64,000 nucleotides of DNA from positions 331,146-395,145 of the forward strand of contig MFEY01000007.1 in the NCBI GenBank assembly GCA_001780035.1. Reading direction: 5' to 3'. This DNA comes from Candidatus Doudnabacteria bacterium RIFCSPHIGHO2_12_FULL_48_16 (GTDB lineage Bacteria; Patescibacteriota; Doudnabacteria; UBA920; O2-02-FULL-48-8). The notes beneath the pieces are model-generated. The model searched no databases, had not been told where the DNA came from, and worked only from the letters and a program-made list of their open reading frames with translations. The first letter of the stretch is position 1; each line of letters begins with the position of its first letter. This document shows positions 52,768-62,610 of the stretch, one piece after another. The translations under genes were made by a program, and so were the position numbers.

Positions 52768-53885
52768 TGAAAACCAAAATTTTGGTTTTATGCACCTCGG
52801 TGGGCGGTGGGATCAAATCCACGGCTGACAATGTCGCCGAGCAGCTCAATTTGTCCGGCCGTTATGAGACGCGGGTCGAAGACGTGGAAAAAGTTGAACG
52901 CGGAGTCGTCACTTCCATCATCCGCTCCGGCACGGTTGGCATGTTAAATCACATGCCTTGGCTGTGGGGATTTTTGTATGACGCCCAAATTATTCTGAGC
53001 CTGAGTCTGCCGCTGCGCAAAGTATTGGCTTCGTTTAAATCCAAGCACGTATTGGAGCTGCTGCGCTCCTGGCAGCCGGCAATCGTGATCTCCACCGGCG
53101 TCAACCCGTCCGCCATTATGGCGTATTTGAAATCCAAGGGTCTATATCGCGGCAAATTCGTGACTGTGTTTTCGGATTACCATGTCCAGAGGTTTTGGCT
53201 GCATCGCGAAACGGATTTGTTTGTCTGCAACGTCCCAGAGCAGATTTCCGAGCTAAAACGCTTGGGATATGGCGAAGTGCCAGCCGTCCTAACCGGCACC
53301 CTGATTGCCCAAAAGTTCCACCGGCCGCTTAGCCGGGATCTCGCCCGCGATCAACTGGGCCTGCTCAAGAGTATGCCCCTGGTCCTGGTCGGCGGAGCGG
53401 GCAAAACCCGATCCAGCATGCGAGAAGTGTTCCATCAGCTGCTGCGGAGCTCTCAATCGTTCCAGGTCGTAGCGCTGTGCGGCAGTAATCAGACGTTGAA
53501 GGAGGAGTTGGCCCAAATTTCCGCGCCGGATCGGCACCCGGTAAAAATTTTGGGCTTCATCGGTAACATGGATGTCTGGATGGCGGCCAGTGAAGTTTTG
53601 GTTTACAAAACCGGCGGGCCGAGCATGGCCGAAGCTGTGGCCAAAAAGCTGCCGATTGTTTTCGTCGATGTCCGGCCCGGCCACGAACAGAAAAATTTGG
53701 AATATTTGACAGACCATGGCATTGGGGTTTATGCTCGCAGCCCGCGGGAAGCCCAGCATTGGGTCGAGGAAATTTTGGCTCATCGGCTGAAATTTAACCA
53801 TGAAAAAAGTTTCCAGACCATTGTGCGGCCGCCCGGCGCGATTGCCTTAATCGAGGCGATTGACAGGTTGCATCCGAAAGATTAG
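52767..53885 (+). CDS. Glycosyltransferase family 28 (MGDG-synthase / MurG-like fold)
   Basis: 372 aa: MKTKILVLCTSVGGGIKSTADNVAEQL... with a C-terminal UDP-sugar-binding Rossmann half. Confidence 0.55.
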   Translation: MKTKILVLCTSVGGGIKSTADNVAEQLNLSGRYETRVEDVEKVERGVVTSIIRSGTVGMLNHMPWLWGFLYDAQIILSLSLPLRKVLASFKSKHVLELLRSWQPAIVISTGVNPSAIMAYLKSKGLYRGKFVTVFSDYHVQRFWLHRETDLFVCNVPEQISELKRLGYGEVPAVLTGTLIAQKFHRPLSRDLARDQLGLLKSMPLVLVGGAGKTRSSMREVFHQLLRSSQSFQVVALCGSNQTLKEELAQISAPDRHPVKILGFIGNMDVWMAASEVLVYKTGGPSMAEAVAKKLPIVFVDVRPGHEQKNLEYLTDHGIGVYARSPREAQHWVEEILAHRLKFNHEKSFQTIVRPPGAIALIEAIDRLHPKD

Positions 53886-53912
53886 TATTTAGATACTTAA
53901 TGAGTAATCACT

Positions 53913-54386
53913 ATGGCTAAAGAAAAACTTATCAACAAACTTATGGGTTCTCAAACCACCACGGAGGATAGTGACGACGAAATTGCAACCCCGGAAGAAA
54001 CCGAAACCGCAGCTGCCGCTCCGGCCTCTCAGGAAGATTGGCTGTCGGAATACGAAGGCCAATTAACGATTGATATGTATCAGACCAAGGACAACGTGAT
54101 TATCAAATCGACCATTGCCGGCGTGCGGCCGGAAGACATCGACGTCACGATCGCTAATGACATGGTGACGATCCGCGGCGAACGCAAGCGCGATTTTGAA
54201 GCCTCAAGTGAAGATTATTTTTATCAGGAATGTTACTGGGGTTCATTCTCCCGTTCCGTGGTTCTGCCGGTCGATGTCGACATCGAACAGGTCAACGCCG
54301 ATTTGAAGGATGGCATCCTGACCGTGATTCTGCCGAAAGCCGCCAAAGCCAAGGCCAAAAAAGTCAAAGTCGGCGCCAGAGTGTAA
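53913..54386 (+). CDS. Hsp20/alpha-crystallin family small heat-shock protein
   Basis: Alpha-crystallin domain ...LTIDMYQTKDNVIIKSTIAGVRPEDIDVTIANDMVTIRGERK.... Confidence 0.85.
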   Translation: MAKEKLINKLMGSQTTTEDSDDEIATPEETETAAAAPASQEDWLSEYEGQLTIDMYQTKDNVIIKSTIAGVRPEDIDVTIANDMVTIRGERKRDFEASSEDYFYQECYWGSFSRSVVLPVDVDIEQVNADLKDGILTVILPKAAKAKAKKVKVGARV

Positions 54387-54423
54387 GGCAGGTATCAGAT
54401 AATACTAAACAGATAACAAAGAG

Positions 54424-54458
54424 AAGAAGCAGGCCTGTTGCAGGTCTGCTTCTTTAGT
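54424..54458. terminator. Bidirectional terminator (AGAAGCAGGCC-tgttg-CAGGTCTGCTTCT + TTT)
   Basis: Long hairpin after hsp20. Confidence 0.6.
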
Positions 54459-54523
54459 TACGTAATTGCCACGCCACGGCCGGCGCAAATTTGAGCGGCC
54501 CGATGAGCCGGCGGGCCGGAAGG

Positions 54524-54808
54524 TCATTGCGACTTGCTTTGATAGAAGTTATCCACTATTTCGGCGGCGCCAAAAAGATCACCAATTAGAGATCTCACCT
54601 TATAGTCGTTAAGTTGTTGTCCTTCGAGGTCCATCTTCCGTAGAATCAATTGAACGTAGTCCAGCAGTTTTTCTCTTGCTTCGGGGCTGAGATTCCTAAT
54701 TGCCCAGCTCGGAATATCCTCGTCCGTAAGTGTAATTATTCTTTTCAATTGAACCTCCAAAAAAGATAGGGCAAGCCTTGCGACTCGCCCTGGTCCCCAT
54801 TCAATCAC
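54524..54808 (-). CDS. Hypothetical protein
   Basis: 94-aa ORF co-directional with the secreted protein upstream. The start is uncertain. Confidence 0.35.
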   Translation of the reverse strand: MIEWGPGRVARLALSFLEVQLKRIITLTDEDIPSWAIRNLSPEAREKLLDYVQLILRKMDLEGQQLNDYKVRSLIGDLFGAAEIVDNFYQSKSQ

Positions 54809-55398
54809 TTGCCGGGCTTATACACGACATAGGTCCGGACCACGACGTTGCCATGGATATTCTTGAAGGCCGTCGTGGCAATGTTCGTGCCCTTAAGCTT
54901 GGGAACTTTGACGCTGGCGCGCAGGCCGACCCCTGTAGTGGTTTTGGCCGGCTTGCCGTGAGCCTTGTCCTCAAACACCACGACCTGCTCGTATTCAACT
55001 CCGACGCGCCAGCCCAGGGTGTCCGAGGTTACTGGGACCGTCACGAACCCGCTCATCAGCGCTAGATTGCTCCGTAGCTGAAACTCGGTGTAGAGATCGG
55101 TGCGCCGGCTTTTGGCGTAAGACCGGAAGTTGGCCACGGGTTTGACCACACCGTCAGTGCCGATCACGGAGCCGAACATGACTTCTTTCCAGCCCCGGTC
55201 GTCGCGGGTAAGGTACCCCGCGACCAAAAGCAGTTGCCGCGGCGTGCGCGTGGCGTCAGGCACAATGACCCAGCCGGCCAAGTGGCCCGCCTGCCAGTGG
55301 AGCAGGGGTCGGAACTGATAATCATTCGGCGGCGTCTGCGCGGTAACAAGAGAGGGGAGAACGAGCACGGCACATGCGGCCAGAATCAGGTGCTTCAT
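54805..55398 (-). CDS. Hypothetical secreted protein (signal peptide MKHLILAACAVLVLPSLVTAQ)
   Basis: GC-rich. Signal peptide followed by a beta-rich domain. The start was trimmed to MKHLIL. Confidence 0.45.
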   Translation of the reverse strand: MKHLILAACAVLVLPSLVTAQTPPNDYQFRPLLHWQAGHLAGWVIVPDATRTPRQLLLVAGYLTRDDRGWKEVMFGSVIGTDGVVKPVANFRSYAKSRRTDLYTEFQLRSNLALMSGFVTVPVTSDTLGWRVGVEYEQVVVFEDKAHGKPAKTTTGVGLRASVKVPKLKGTNIATTAFKNIHGNVVVRTYVVYKPGK

Positions 55399-55484
55399 GG
55401 TTTCCTCCATGGAAATCATTAGGGCCGCAATTGGCCGCTAGTTAACAGGTCTTGCCTGTTAACGTCAAAGCATATATTATATAG

Positions 55485-56330
55485 TTGGAGTGGCCAATAC
55501 CACCACGAGGTGATAATTATCACCACAAAAATATGTATCAAGAAACTCTACAATCCTTGGGATTAAGCCCAAATGAGGCGAAAATTTATGAAACCCTGGT
55601 CGGGACTGGGGAGACGACTATTGGGGACATTGCCGTGGCCGCCAAAGTTCACCGGCGGAATGTTTATGATTCCGTTCAACGCTTGATTGAAAAAGGCCTG
55701 TGTTTTGAGGTTTTTTCGAGCGGCGGGAATTTATATAGCGCAGTCGATCCAGGTAAACTTTCCGAATTGGTGGCGGAAAAACAACAAAAATTAGAATTGA
55801 TTTTACCAGAATTGCAAAAGAAATTTCGGAAAGGAACTGAGAAGGAAGAAGCTTACATTTATAGAGGCTTTGAAGGTCAGAAAAATGTTTGGCGTGATAT
55901 ATTGCGAGTTGGTAAAGACAGTTATTTTATTGGAGCCAAAGGAGGTTGGTTTGATCCGCGGATTGATAAAACTGCCCGTGATGTTTTTTTCCGCGAAGCT
56001 AATCGAAAAAAAATAAAATTTACTCAACTATTTGATTATGAAGTTAAGGAGCAAATGCCGGACTTTCCGCGTTATTTTCCAGGAGACTTAAAATATCGCT
56101 TTCTCCCAAAAAAATATTCCACTACTTCCGGGGTTGGGATATTTGGGGATTATGTGATTACTTACACCGGGTTAGGGGTTATTGGCCGAATGGAGGAGAA
56201 TACTGTATTTTTTATTTTACACAGCAAAGATTTGGCAGAATCCTACCGGACTTGGTTTTGGTATATGTGGGAGCAGTCGGAGGAAGATAAAAAGCCACGT
56301 AGCGCGAATCACGAAACACGTAACAAATAA
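55485..56330 (+). CDS. TrmB-like HTH transcriptional regulator (paralog 5 of 5)
   Basis: EAKIYETLVGTGETTIGDIAVAAKVHRRNVYDSVQRLIEKGL HTH plus the conserved C-terminal domain. Confidence 0.55.
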   Translation: MEWPIPPRGDNYHHKNMYQETLQSLGLSPNEAKIYETLVGTGETTIGDIAVAAKVHRRNVYDSVQRLIEKGLCFEVFSSGGNLYSAVDPGKLSELVAEKQQKLELILPELQKKFRKGTEKEEAYIYRGFEGQKNVWRDILRVGKDSYFIGAKGGWFDPRIDKTARDVFFREANRKKIKFTQLFDYEVKEQMPDFPRYFPGDLKYRFLPKKYSTTSGVGIFGDYVITYTGLGVIGRMEENTVFFILHSKDLAESYRTWFWYMWEQSEEDKKPRSANHETRNK

Positions 56331-56380
56331 GCTTGATTTTTATCTGAAATTTTGTCATAATAGTTTGATTCTAGTGACGA

Positions 56381-56416
56381 CCTCACCCCTGGCCCCTCTC
56401 CTCGCCAGGAGAGGGG
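56381..56416. repeat. Copy B of the ~40-nt palindromic repeat (ACCTCACCCCTGG + CCCCTCTCCT-cgcc-AGGAGAGGGG)
   Basis: See 21900-21940. It lies in the spacer upstream of infB. Confidence 0.45.
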
Positions 56417-56437
56417 AATCTAAATTGAAATAAGTAA

Positions 56438-58360
56438 ATGGATATCTCAACTTTATCGAAGCAACTGAATATGTCCTCGCAGCAGCTGCGCTACAAGATC
56501 CGCGAAGCGGGATTTTTCGTCTCGCCCAAGGCCAACAAAATCGACAACCAGCTGGCGAAACAGATTTTGAATTCCTTAAGCCAGAAGAAGCCCGAAACCG
56601 GCGTTCCCGCTGAACCCAAGGACGTGTCCCTCCCTAAGGTCCTGTCAGTCAAAGAGCTGGCCGCCAAATTGGGACTCGACATTACGGTCGTGATCAAAAA
56701 ATTGATCCAAAACGGCGTCATGGCCACGATTAACGAAGAAATCGACTATGATACGGCCGCCATCGTGGCCGGGGATTTGGGATTCAATGTTTCGGAAGTG
56801 CAGGAAGCCACGACGCGGTTGGGGCTGGGCTATATTGCCGATGAAATGAAAAAAGAGCAGGCCGTCAATCCGGAAACTTTTATTGTCCGGCCGCCGATTG
56901 TAGCCATCATGGGCCACGTCGACCACGGTAAAACGACATTACTCGATACGATGCGCAACACCAAGGTGGTCGACACAGAAGCCGGCCGGATTACCCAGCA
57001 TATCGGTGCCTATCAAGTGGCGCACAACGGCAAGTTTGTCACCTTTTTGGATACGCCGGGCCATGAGGCTTTTTCCGCCATGCGCGCCCGCGGCGCCAAT
57101 GTCACGGACATGATAGTTTTGGTTGTGGCTGCGGATGACGGCGTCAAGCCGCAGACGATCGAAGTCATCAACCGGGCCAAATTGACCGCGACGCCCTTGA
57201 TCGTGGCAATTAACAAGATCGACAAGCCGGATGCCAATCTCGAGCGCGTCAAAAAAGAACTGGCGGACTTTGGTGTCTTGATTGAAGAATGGGGCGGCAC
57301 CACTCCGGTGGCCAAAATTTCCGCCCTAACCGGCCAAGGCGTGGATGATCTGTTGGATTTGATTTTGCTCCAGGCCGAAGTCATGGATTTGAAAGCCAAT
57401 CCAACGGGCCAAACTATGGGCACCGTGATCGAGGCGCATTTGTCCCGAACTTTGGGGCCGGTGGCCACCGTGATTGTCCAGAACGGGACTCTGAGCCTGT
57501 CCGATATTGTGGCGGCCGGCAAGGCCTTTGGGAAAATCCGATCAATGATCGACGCGCGGGGCGCTAAGCTCAAAACCGCGCCGCCGTCGCGCGCGCTGCG
57601 AATCAGCGGAATTTCCGACGTACCGCAGGCCGGTGACATTTTGAAGACTTACGCGACTTTGGATGAAGCCAAAATCCAGGCCACGGCCGTGGCCCGGGGC
57701 GAGCGCGCGAAAAAATTTGCGACCACGAAGCAGCTGGCCTTTGCCGGCAAGGATCTGAATTTGATTATCAAAGTCGACGTGCTCGGCAGCCTCGAGGCAA
57801 TCAATGATGCCTTATCCAAACTTAAAAATACGGAAGTCAAAATCAATGTTTTGGATGAAGGCGCCGGCGAAGTCAACGAAAACGACGTGTTGCGGGCCGA
57901 TTCGGCCAGCGGCGTGATCATCGGTTTCCATACCAAAGTCAGCAGCCAAGCGGCGAAACTCGCCCAGGCCAAAGGCGTGACAATTCAGACTTACGATGTG
58001 ATTTACGAACTGATTGAAGACATCACCCGCCAGGTCGTGGACATGCTGACGCCGGAAGTGTTGCGCACGGATCTGGGTCGGGCCAAAATTTTGGCCATTT
58101 TCCGCACGGAAAAAGACAGCATGATTATCGGCGGCAATGTCGCGGAAGGCAAAATCAAGGACGGGGCGGAATTTGAAATCAAACGCGGGGACGAAATCGT
58201 CGGCAAGGGTCTCGTCACCCAGCTGCAGCAAAATAAGATCAAAACCAAAGAAGTCCTCCATGGCTCGGAATTTGGCGCCAACGTCAAAACCGCGACCAAA
58301 ATCGAGGCCGGGGACGTGCTGGTATTGTTTGAGGAAAGCGTCCGCAAGAAAACTTTATAG
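56438..58360 (+). CDS. infB: Translation initiation factor IF-2
   Basis: G-domain motifs GHVDHGKTTLLD, DTPGH and NKID, plus the C-terminal beta-barrel domains. Confidence 0.95.
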   Translation: MDISTLSKQLNMSSQQLRYKIREAGFFVSPKANKIDNQLAKQILNSLSQKKPETGVPAEPKDVSLPKVLSVKELAAKLGLDITVVIKKLIQNGVMATINEEIDYDTAAIVAGDLGFNVSEVQEATTRLGLGYIADEMKKEQAVNPETFIVRPPIVAIMGHVDHGKTTLLDTMRNTKVVDTEAGRITQHIGAYQVAHNGKFVTFLDTPGHEAFSAMRARGANVTDMIVLVVAADDGVKPQTIEVINRAKLTATPLIVAINKIDKPDANLERVKKELADFGVLIEEWGGTTPVAKISALTGQGVDDLLDLILLQAEVMDLKANPTGQTMGTVIEAHLSRTLGPVATVIVQNGTLSLSDIVAAGKAFGKIRSMIDARGAKLKTAPPSRALRISGISDVPQAGDILKTYATLDEAKIQATAVARGERAKKFATTKQLAFAGKDLNLIIKVDVLGSLEAINDALSKLKNTEVKINVLDEGAGEVNENDVLRADSASGVIIGFHTKVSSQAAKLAQAKGVTIQTYDVIYELIEDITRQVVDMLTPEVLRTDLGRAKILAIFRTEKDSMIIGGNVAEGKIKDGAEFEIKRGDEIVGKGLVTQLQQNKIKTKEVLHGSEFGANVKTATKIEAGDVLVLFEESVRKKTL

Positions 58361-58362
58361 CC

Positions 58363-58698
58363 ATGAGCCGAAGAACCGAAAAAGTTGCTTCGTTGCTGCA
58401 CCATGAAGTGGGAGAGTATTTGCTTCATTTCGAGCTGCCGGCAATTACCACGATCAGCAAAGTGGAAGTGACGCCGGATCTTAAATGGTGCAAAATTTGG
58501 GTCACAATCCTCGGCGATGCCAGTAAGCAGCAGGCCGTGCTCGCTCAGATCAAAGAGAATTTGCCGGAAATGCAGCGCTCAATCAATCATAAAATGAGCA
58601 TGAAGATCGTGCCGCGGATTTCGTTCGTGATCGACCACGGGGAAGAATATGCTTCCCATATCAACGAGCTCTTAAAGAAAACCCACGATGAGTATTAA
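58363..58698 (+). CDS. rbfA: Ribosome-binding factor A
   Basis: MSRRTEKVASLLHHEVGEYLL.... Canonical position after infB. Confidence 0.85.
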   Translation: MSRRTEKVASLLHHEVGEYLLHFELPAITTISKVEVTPDLKWCKIWVTILGDASKQQAVLAQIKENLPEMQRSINHKMSMKIVPRISFVIDHGEEYASHINELLKKTHDEY

Positions 58699-59638
58699 AC
58701 TCCAGTTCAAAAAAGCCCAGGAATTGATTGACCAGTCCACGGTAATCTTTTTGACCACGCATGAGGGCACGGACGGCGACGATTTGGGCAGCTGCCTTGC
58801 CATCTATCAGTATCTAAAAAAGTTGGGCAAAACTCCCCTGATTGGAATTAAAGGAGGCGTGCCGACTAACTTGCTGTTTTTGCCGTTTGTGTCCGAAGTT
58901 GCCGGACCGTTTGAAACGACCGAGGCGGATTTGTTAATTACCTTTGGTTGCTCGCGGATCGAGCGCACCGGCCAGCGGCTGCTGCAAAGTTTCAAGGGGC
59001 CGATTATCAATTTTGACCACCATCCGGACAACACTAACTTTGGCACGGTCAATGTCGTCGACGAGAAACTGGCGGCGGTGGCGCAACTGATCTATTATTT
59101 TTTGCAGTATAAGGAAGCGGCGATTGATCAAAAAACCGCCAACTGTCTGCTGACCGGGCTGTTTACGGATACCGGGGGGTTTAAGCACGTCAACACGTCG
59201 GCCGAAGTGCTTGAGGTCGCGGCGGAACTTTTAAAGCGCGGCGGCCGGATCGATAAGATCGCGTTTGAGACCATGGGCAAGAAGCGGCCGCAGGCGCTTC
59301 GGGCCTGGTCCAAGGGCTTGGAGAATGCGCGGTTTGACGGCGACAAGCGGATGGTGTTTTCGGTGTTAACGGAAGAGGATCTGCGCGAAATCGGCGCCAG
59401 CGACGAAGATCTGGACGGTTTCGTGGAGCTGTTAAACAATTTGCCGCAAGCGAAATTCGCCTTGTTGTTGCGCCAGGACGGCGACGTGGTCCGGGGCAGT
59501 TTGCGATCCGAACCCGACAAGAAAGTGGATGTCTCCAAAATCGCCAAATCGTTCGGCGGCGGCGGCCATAAACTGGCAGCCGGATTCAAAGTCAAGGGTC
59601 GGCTCAAGCGCGCCGGCAGCGCATGGCAGATTGAATAA
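58688..59638 (+). CDS. nrnA: DHH-family phosphoesterase (NrnA-like oligoribonuclease/pAp phosphatase)
   Basis: DHH motif (NFDHHPDN) and DHHA1 GGGGH motif. Confidence 0.8.
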   Translation: MSIKLQFKKAQELIDQSTVIFLTTHEGTDGDDLGSCLAIYQYLKKLGKTPLIGIKGGVPTNLLFLPFVSEVAGPFETTEADLLITFGCSRIERTGQRLLQSFKGPIINFDHHPDNTNFGTVNVVDEKLAAVAQLIYYFLQYKEAAIDQKTANCLLTGLFTDTGGFKHVNTSAEVLEVAAELLKRGGRIDKIAFETMGKKRPQALRAWSKGLENARFDGDKRMVFSVLTEEDLREIGASDEDLDGFVELLNNLPQAKFALLLRQDGDVVRGSLRSEPDKKVDVSKIAKSFGGGGHKLAAGFKVKGRLKRAGSAWQIE

Positions 59639-59662
59639 GCTTTATGTTAAAATAAACCCATT

Positions 59663-61879
59663 ATGGCCCGCAAACGAAACCAAGATTCAAACGACTTTCC
59701 CTCATTCAAAAGACCGCAGCTCAATTTAAAGCACGAAACCCGCAAGGGCGTGCTGATTGTGCTGTTTTTGGTCTTGGCGATTGTGTTTGTGCTCAGTTTA
59801 GTTGGCCTCGCCGGCCCGTTTGGCAGCATCACCAACCGGGTTTTGAAGCTGGCGTTTGGATGGGTCGCCTATCTGGTGCCGCTGATTTTTATGTTTGTGG
59901 CCTTTGCGCTGTTTCGGCAGAAGAGCGAAGATGATGCGTCTTCGGTTTCAACCCATGCTTATGTCGGTGCCGTGCTGATTACCTTGACCTTGACCGGTTT
60001 TTTGCATCTGCTAATGCTGCGGTCGAATATTAACCGCGCGTTTGATTTGGTCAAAGAGGGGGCCGGCGGCGGTTATTTGGGAGTACTGACCAGCTATCCC
60101 TTGATGCACTTTATGGGATTCGTCGCCTCGCTGGTGATTTTGCTCGCCGGTATCATTGTTTCATTTCTCGTGACCTTCAATGTTTCCTTCTCCGATTTGT
60201 TTGGCGGCCCGGCCGACGCGCCAGCGCCAAAACCTCTAAATGGCAAGCTGAAAATCAATAATGCCGCCAATGCCGGTTTTACCAAAGAGCCGGTGGGTGA
60301 GCCGAACAGAGTTGCGCTGCGCGAAAAAGTGGAGTTTACGGTCAACGGTCTGGATGATCTGGACAAAGGGATTGCGAAAAAATCCAAAGCCGTGCTAGCC
60401 GCGGATAAAAATTGGAAATTTCCGCCGCTGGATTTGCTGGAGGAATCCAAGACCAAAGTTGATTCCGGCAATATCGAAGCCAACGTCGCGATCATCCAAA
60501 AAACTTTGAATGATTTTGGCATTGACGTCGAGATGGGCGAAGTCAACGTCGGCCCCACCGTCACCCAATATACTTTCCGGCCGGCCGTCGGGGTCAAACT
60601 GTCTCAAATTGCCGGTTTGCAAAATGACCTGGCCTTGTCCTTGGCGGCTTCATCGTTGCGTATGGAGCTGCCGATTCCCGGCAAGGCTCTGGTCGGCGTC
60701 GAAATTCCCAATAAATCTGCGGCATTGGTGCGCGTTAAGGACATTATTGGCAATGCCGCGTTAAGTGAAAATCCGTCGAAGGTGGCATTTGCCCTGGGTC
60801 GCGATGTGGCGGGCCATCCAATGGTCGCTGATTTGGCCAAGATGCCGCATTTACTGATTGCGGGCGCGACCGGCACTGGGAAATCGGTGGCGATCAATTC
60901 AATCCTGATCAGTTTTCTGTATCGGGCGACGCCCTCGGAAGTGAAATTTATTGTCATTGATCCCAAGCGGGTGGAGCTCAATCTTTACAACGATCTGCCG
61001 CATCTTCTGACTGGCGTGATCACTGATCACCAAAAAGCGGTCAATTCTTTAAAGTGGGCCGTGGCGGAAATGGACCGTCGGTATAAGTTGCTGTCCGAAG
61101 TGCATAAGCGCAACATCGGGGAATTTAATAACTCATCTTTGATCAAACTGCCCTACATCATAGTGGTGGTGGATGAGTTGGCTGATTTGATGAGTGTGGC
61201 CCAAAATGAAGTGGAAGCGACCATTGTGCGTTTGGCCCAAATGGCGCGCGCCGTGGGGATTCATTTGGTTTTGGCCACGCAACGGCCGTCAGTTGATGTC
61301 ATCACGGGATTGATCAAAGCCAATGTTACGGCCCGCATGGCGTTTGCGGTGGCTTCTCAGGTGGACTCGCGAACAATTTTGGATATGGCCGGGGCGGAAA
61401 AACTGTTAGGCTCCGGGGATATGCTTTACGTGACTTCGGATTTGCCTAAACCAAAACGCGTGCAGGGTGCCTATGTGAGCGAGAGGGAAATCAAAAAAGT
61501 CGTAGAATTTATCAAAGAGCAAGCCGGCAGCATTATTTATGACGAGCAGATTACAGAGAAGCCGCAGCGGGGTGTGAGCATTCCCGGGTTCGAAGGCGGC
61601 AACGATGATGAAGATGAATTGTTGAACGAAGCGATGGAAATTGTAAAAGCCGCGGGTAAAGCATCGGCGTCATTGTTGCAACGAAGGTTGCGCGTCGGTT
61701 ATGCGCGCGCTGCCCGTCTTTTGGACATTTTGGAAGACAAGGGAATCATCGGCCCCGGCGAAGGCGCCAAGCCGCGGGAAGTCTATATGTCAAATGATTC
61801 ACCGCGCGAACAAGGTTTTGGTGAGTCTGACGAAGCGGCCGAATTTGAAAAGTCTCAAAAGAGCGAAGAGGAAGAATAA
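59663..61879 (+). CDS. ftsK: DNA translocase FtsK/SpoIIIE
   Basis: N-terminal transmembrane segments, Walker A GATGTGKSVAINSI and the C-terminal gamma winged-helix domain. Confidence 0.9.
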   Translation: MARKRNQDSNDFPSFKRPQLNLKHETRKGVLIVLFLVLAIVFVLSLVGLAGPFGSITNRVLKLAFGWVAYLVPLIFMFVAFALFRQKSEDDASSVSTHAYVGAVLITLTLTGFLHLLMLRSNINRAFDLVKEGAGGGYLGVLTSYPLMHFMGFVASLVILLAGIIVSFLVTFNVSFSDLFGGPADAPAPKPLNGKLKINNAANAGFTKEPVGEPNRVALREKVEFTVNGLDDLDKGIAKKSKAVLAADKNWKFPPLDLLEESKTKVDSGNIEANVAIIQKTLNDFGIDVEMGEVNVGPTVTQYTFRPAVGVKLSQIAGLQNDLALSLAASSLRMELPIPGKALVGVEIPNKSAALVRVKDIIGNAALSENPSKVAFALGRDVAGHPMVADLAKMPHLLIAGATGTGKSVAINSILISFLYRATPSEVKFIVIDPKRVELNLYNDLPHLLTGVITDHQKAVNSLKWAVAEMDRRYKLLSEVHKRNIGEFNNSSLIKLPYIIVVVDELADLMSVAQNEVEATIVRLAQMARAVGIHLVLATQRPSVDVITGLIKANVTARMAFAVASQVDSRTILDMAGAEKLLGSGDMLYVTSDLPKPKRVQGAYVSEREIKKVVEFIKEQAGSIIYDEQITEKPQRGVSIPGFEGGNDDEDELLNEAMEIVKAAGKASASLLQRRLRVGYARAARLLDILEDKGIIGPGEGAKPREVYMSNDSPREQGFGESDEAAEFEKSQKSEEEE

Positions 61880-61961
61880 TAATAGTTGTAATAGTAAGTT
61901 GAAACTCGCAAATTTGCGTGTCGGAATAAATTATTCTATAATAGTATAAATTACCTAAAAT

Positions 61962-62519
61962 ATGATCGAACTCAGAGATAAATCTAGGTTTGACGCTTCA
62001 AAATATGACTCTAGTGAAAAGGCTGACAAAGCCTTTGAAAGGTTGTCATTAGACGAAATTGAACGCCAAAAAGCCGAGCATAGATTTTTAGACGAGAGGC
62101 AGCATGAGCTATATAAGTTTCAGACTGGAATTGGTACAGACATTAGACTTATTAGCCACGAACTTCAATCCAATAGTCCACCAACAGAAATTTCTCGACA
62201 ACGATTGGATGAGTTACAACGTCAATTTAATGGGCTTAAGATAAAAGCTGAAAGATTTTTTCAAGACCAAAAGGAAAAATTTAGAGGAGGTGTGTATCCT
62301 CTGAAAACTGATTTTAGTGTAGTGACTAAAGGGACTGATGTAGGTCATCACTACGATACTGCTTTACATGCAGAACGAGCATCTTTAATAGAACAATACC
62401 AAATTTTAATAATGGCTATTGGTAATTATCAAATAGTTCTTGAGGATCTGGATATACCCAGTATTCAGAGGAGACTGAATGAACGAAAGCAAGCAGGAGC
62501 TGCTAAGGAAGCAAAATAA
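61962..62519 (+). CDS. Hypothetical coiled-coil protein
   Basis: 185-aa ORF, charged and helical. I recognise no domain. Confidence 0.45.
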   Translation: MIELRDKSRFDASKYDSSEKADKAFERLSLDEIERQKAEHRFLDERQHELYKFQTGIGTDIRLISHELQSNSPPTEISRQRLDELQRQFNGLKIKAERFFQDQKEKFRGGVYPLKTDFSVVTKGTDVGHHYDTALHAERASLIEQYQILIMAIGNYQIVLEDLDIPSIQRRLNERKQAGAAKEAK

Positions 62520-62575
62520 TTTAAGTGGGCTTAAGACAAGATTCAAAATGAAATTGCAGAACAAGATTAATTAGT

Positions 62576-62604
62576 TTGACAAAATAATTTAGCGGGAGCA
62601 TAAT
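62576..62604 (+). promoter_or_regulatory. Promoter candidate (TTGACA-17-CATAAT) for an ~100-nt structured transcript
   Basis: Perfect -35 element, 17-nt spacer and a near-consensus -10 element. Confidence 0.45.
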
Positions 62605-62610
62605 TTATTT

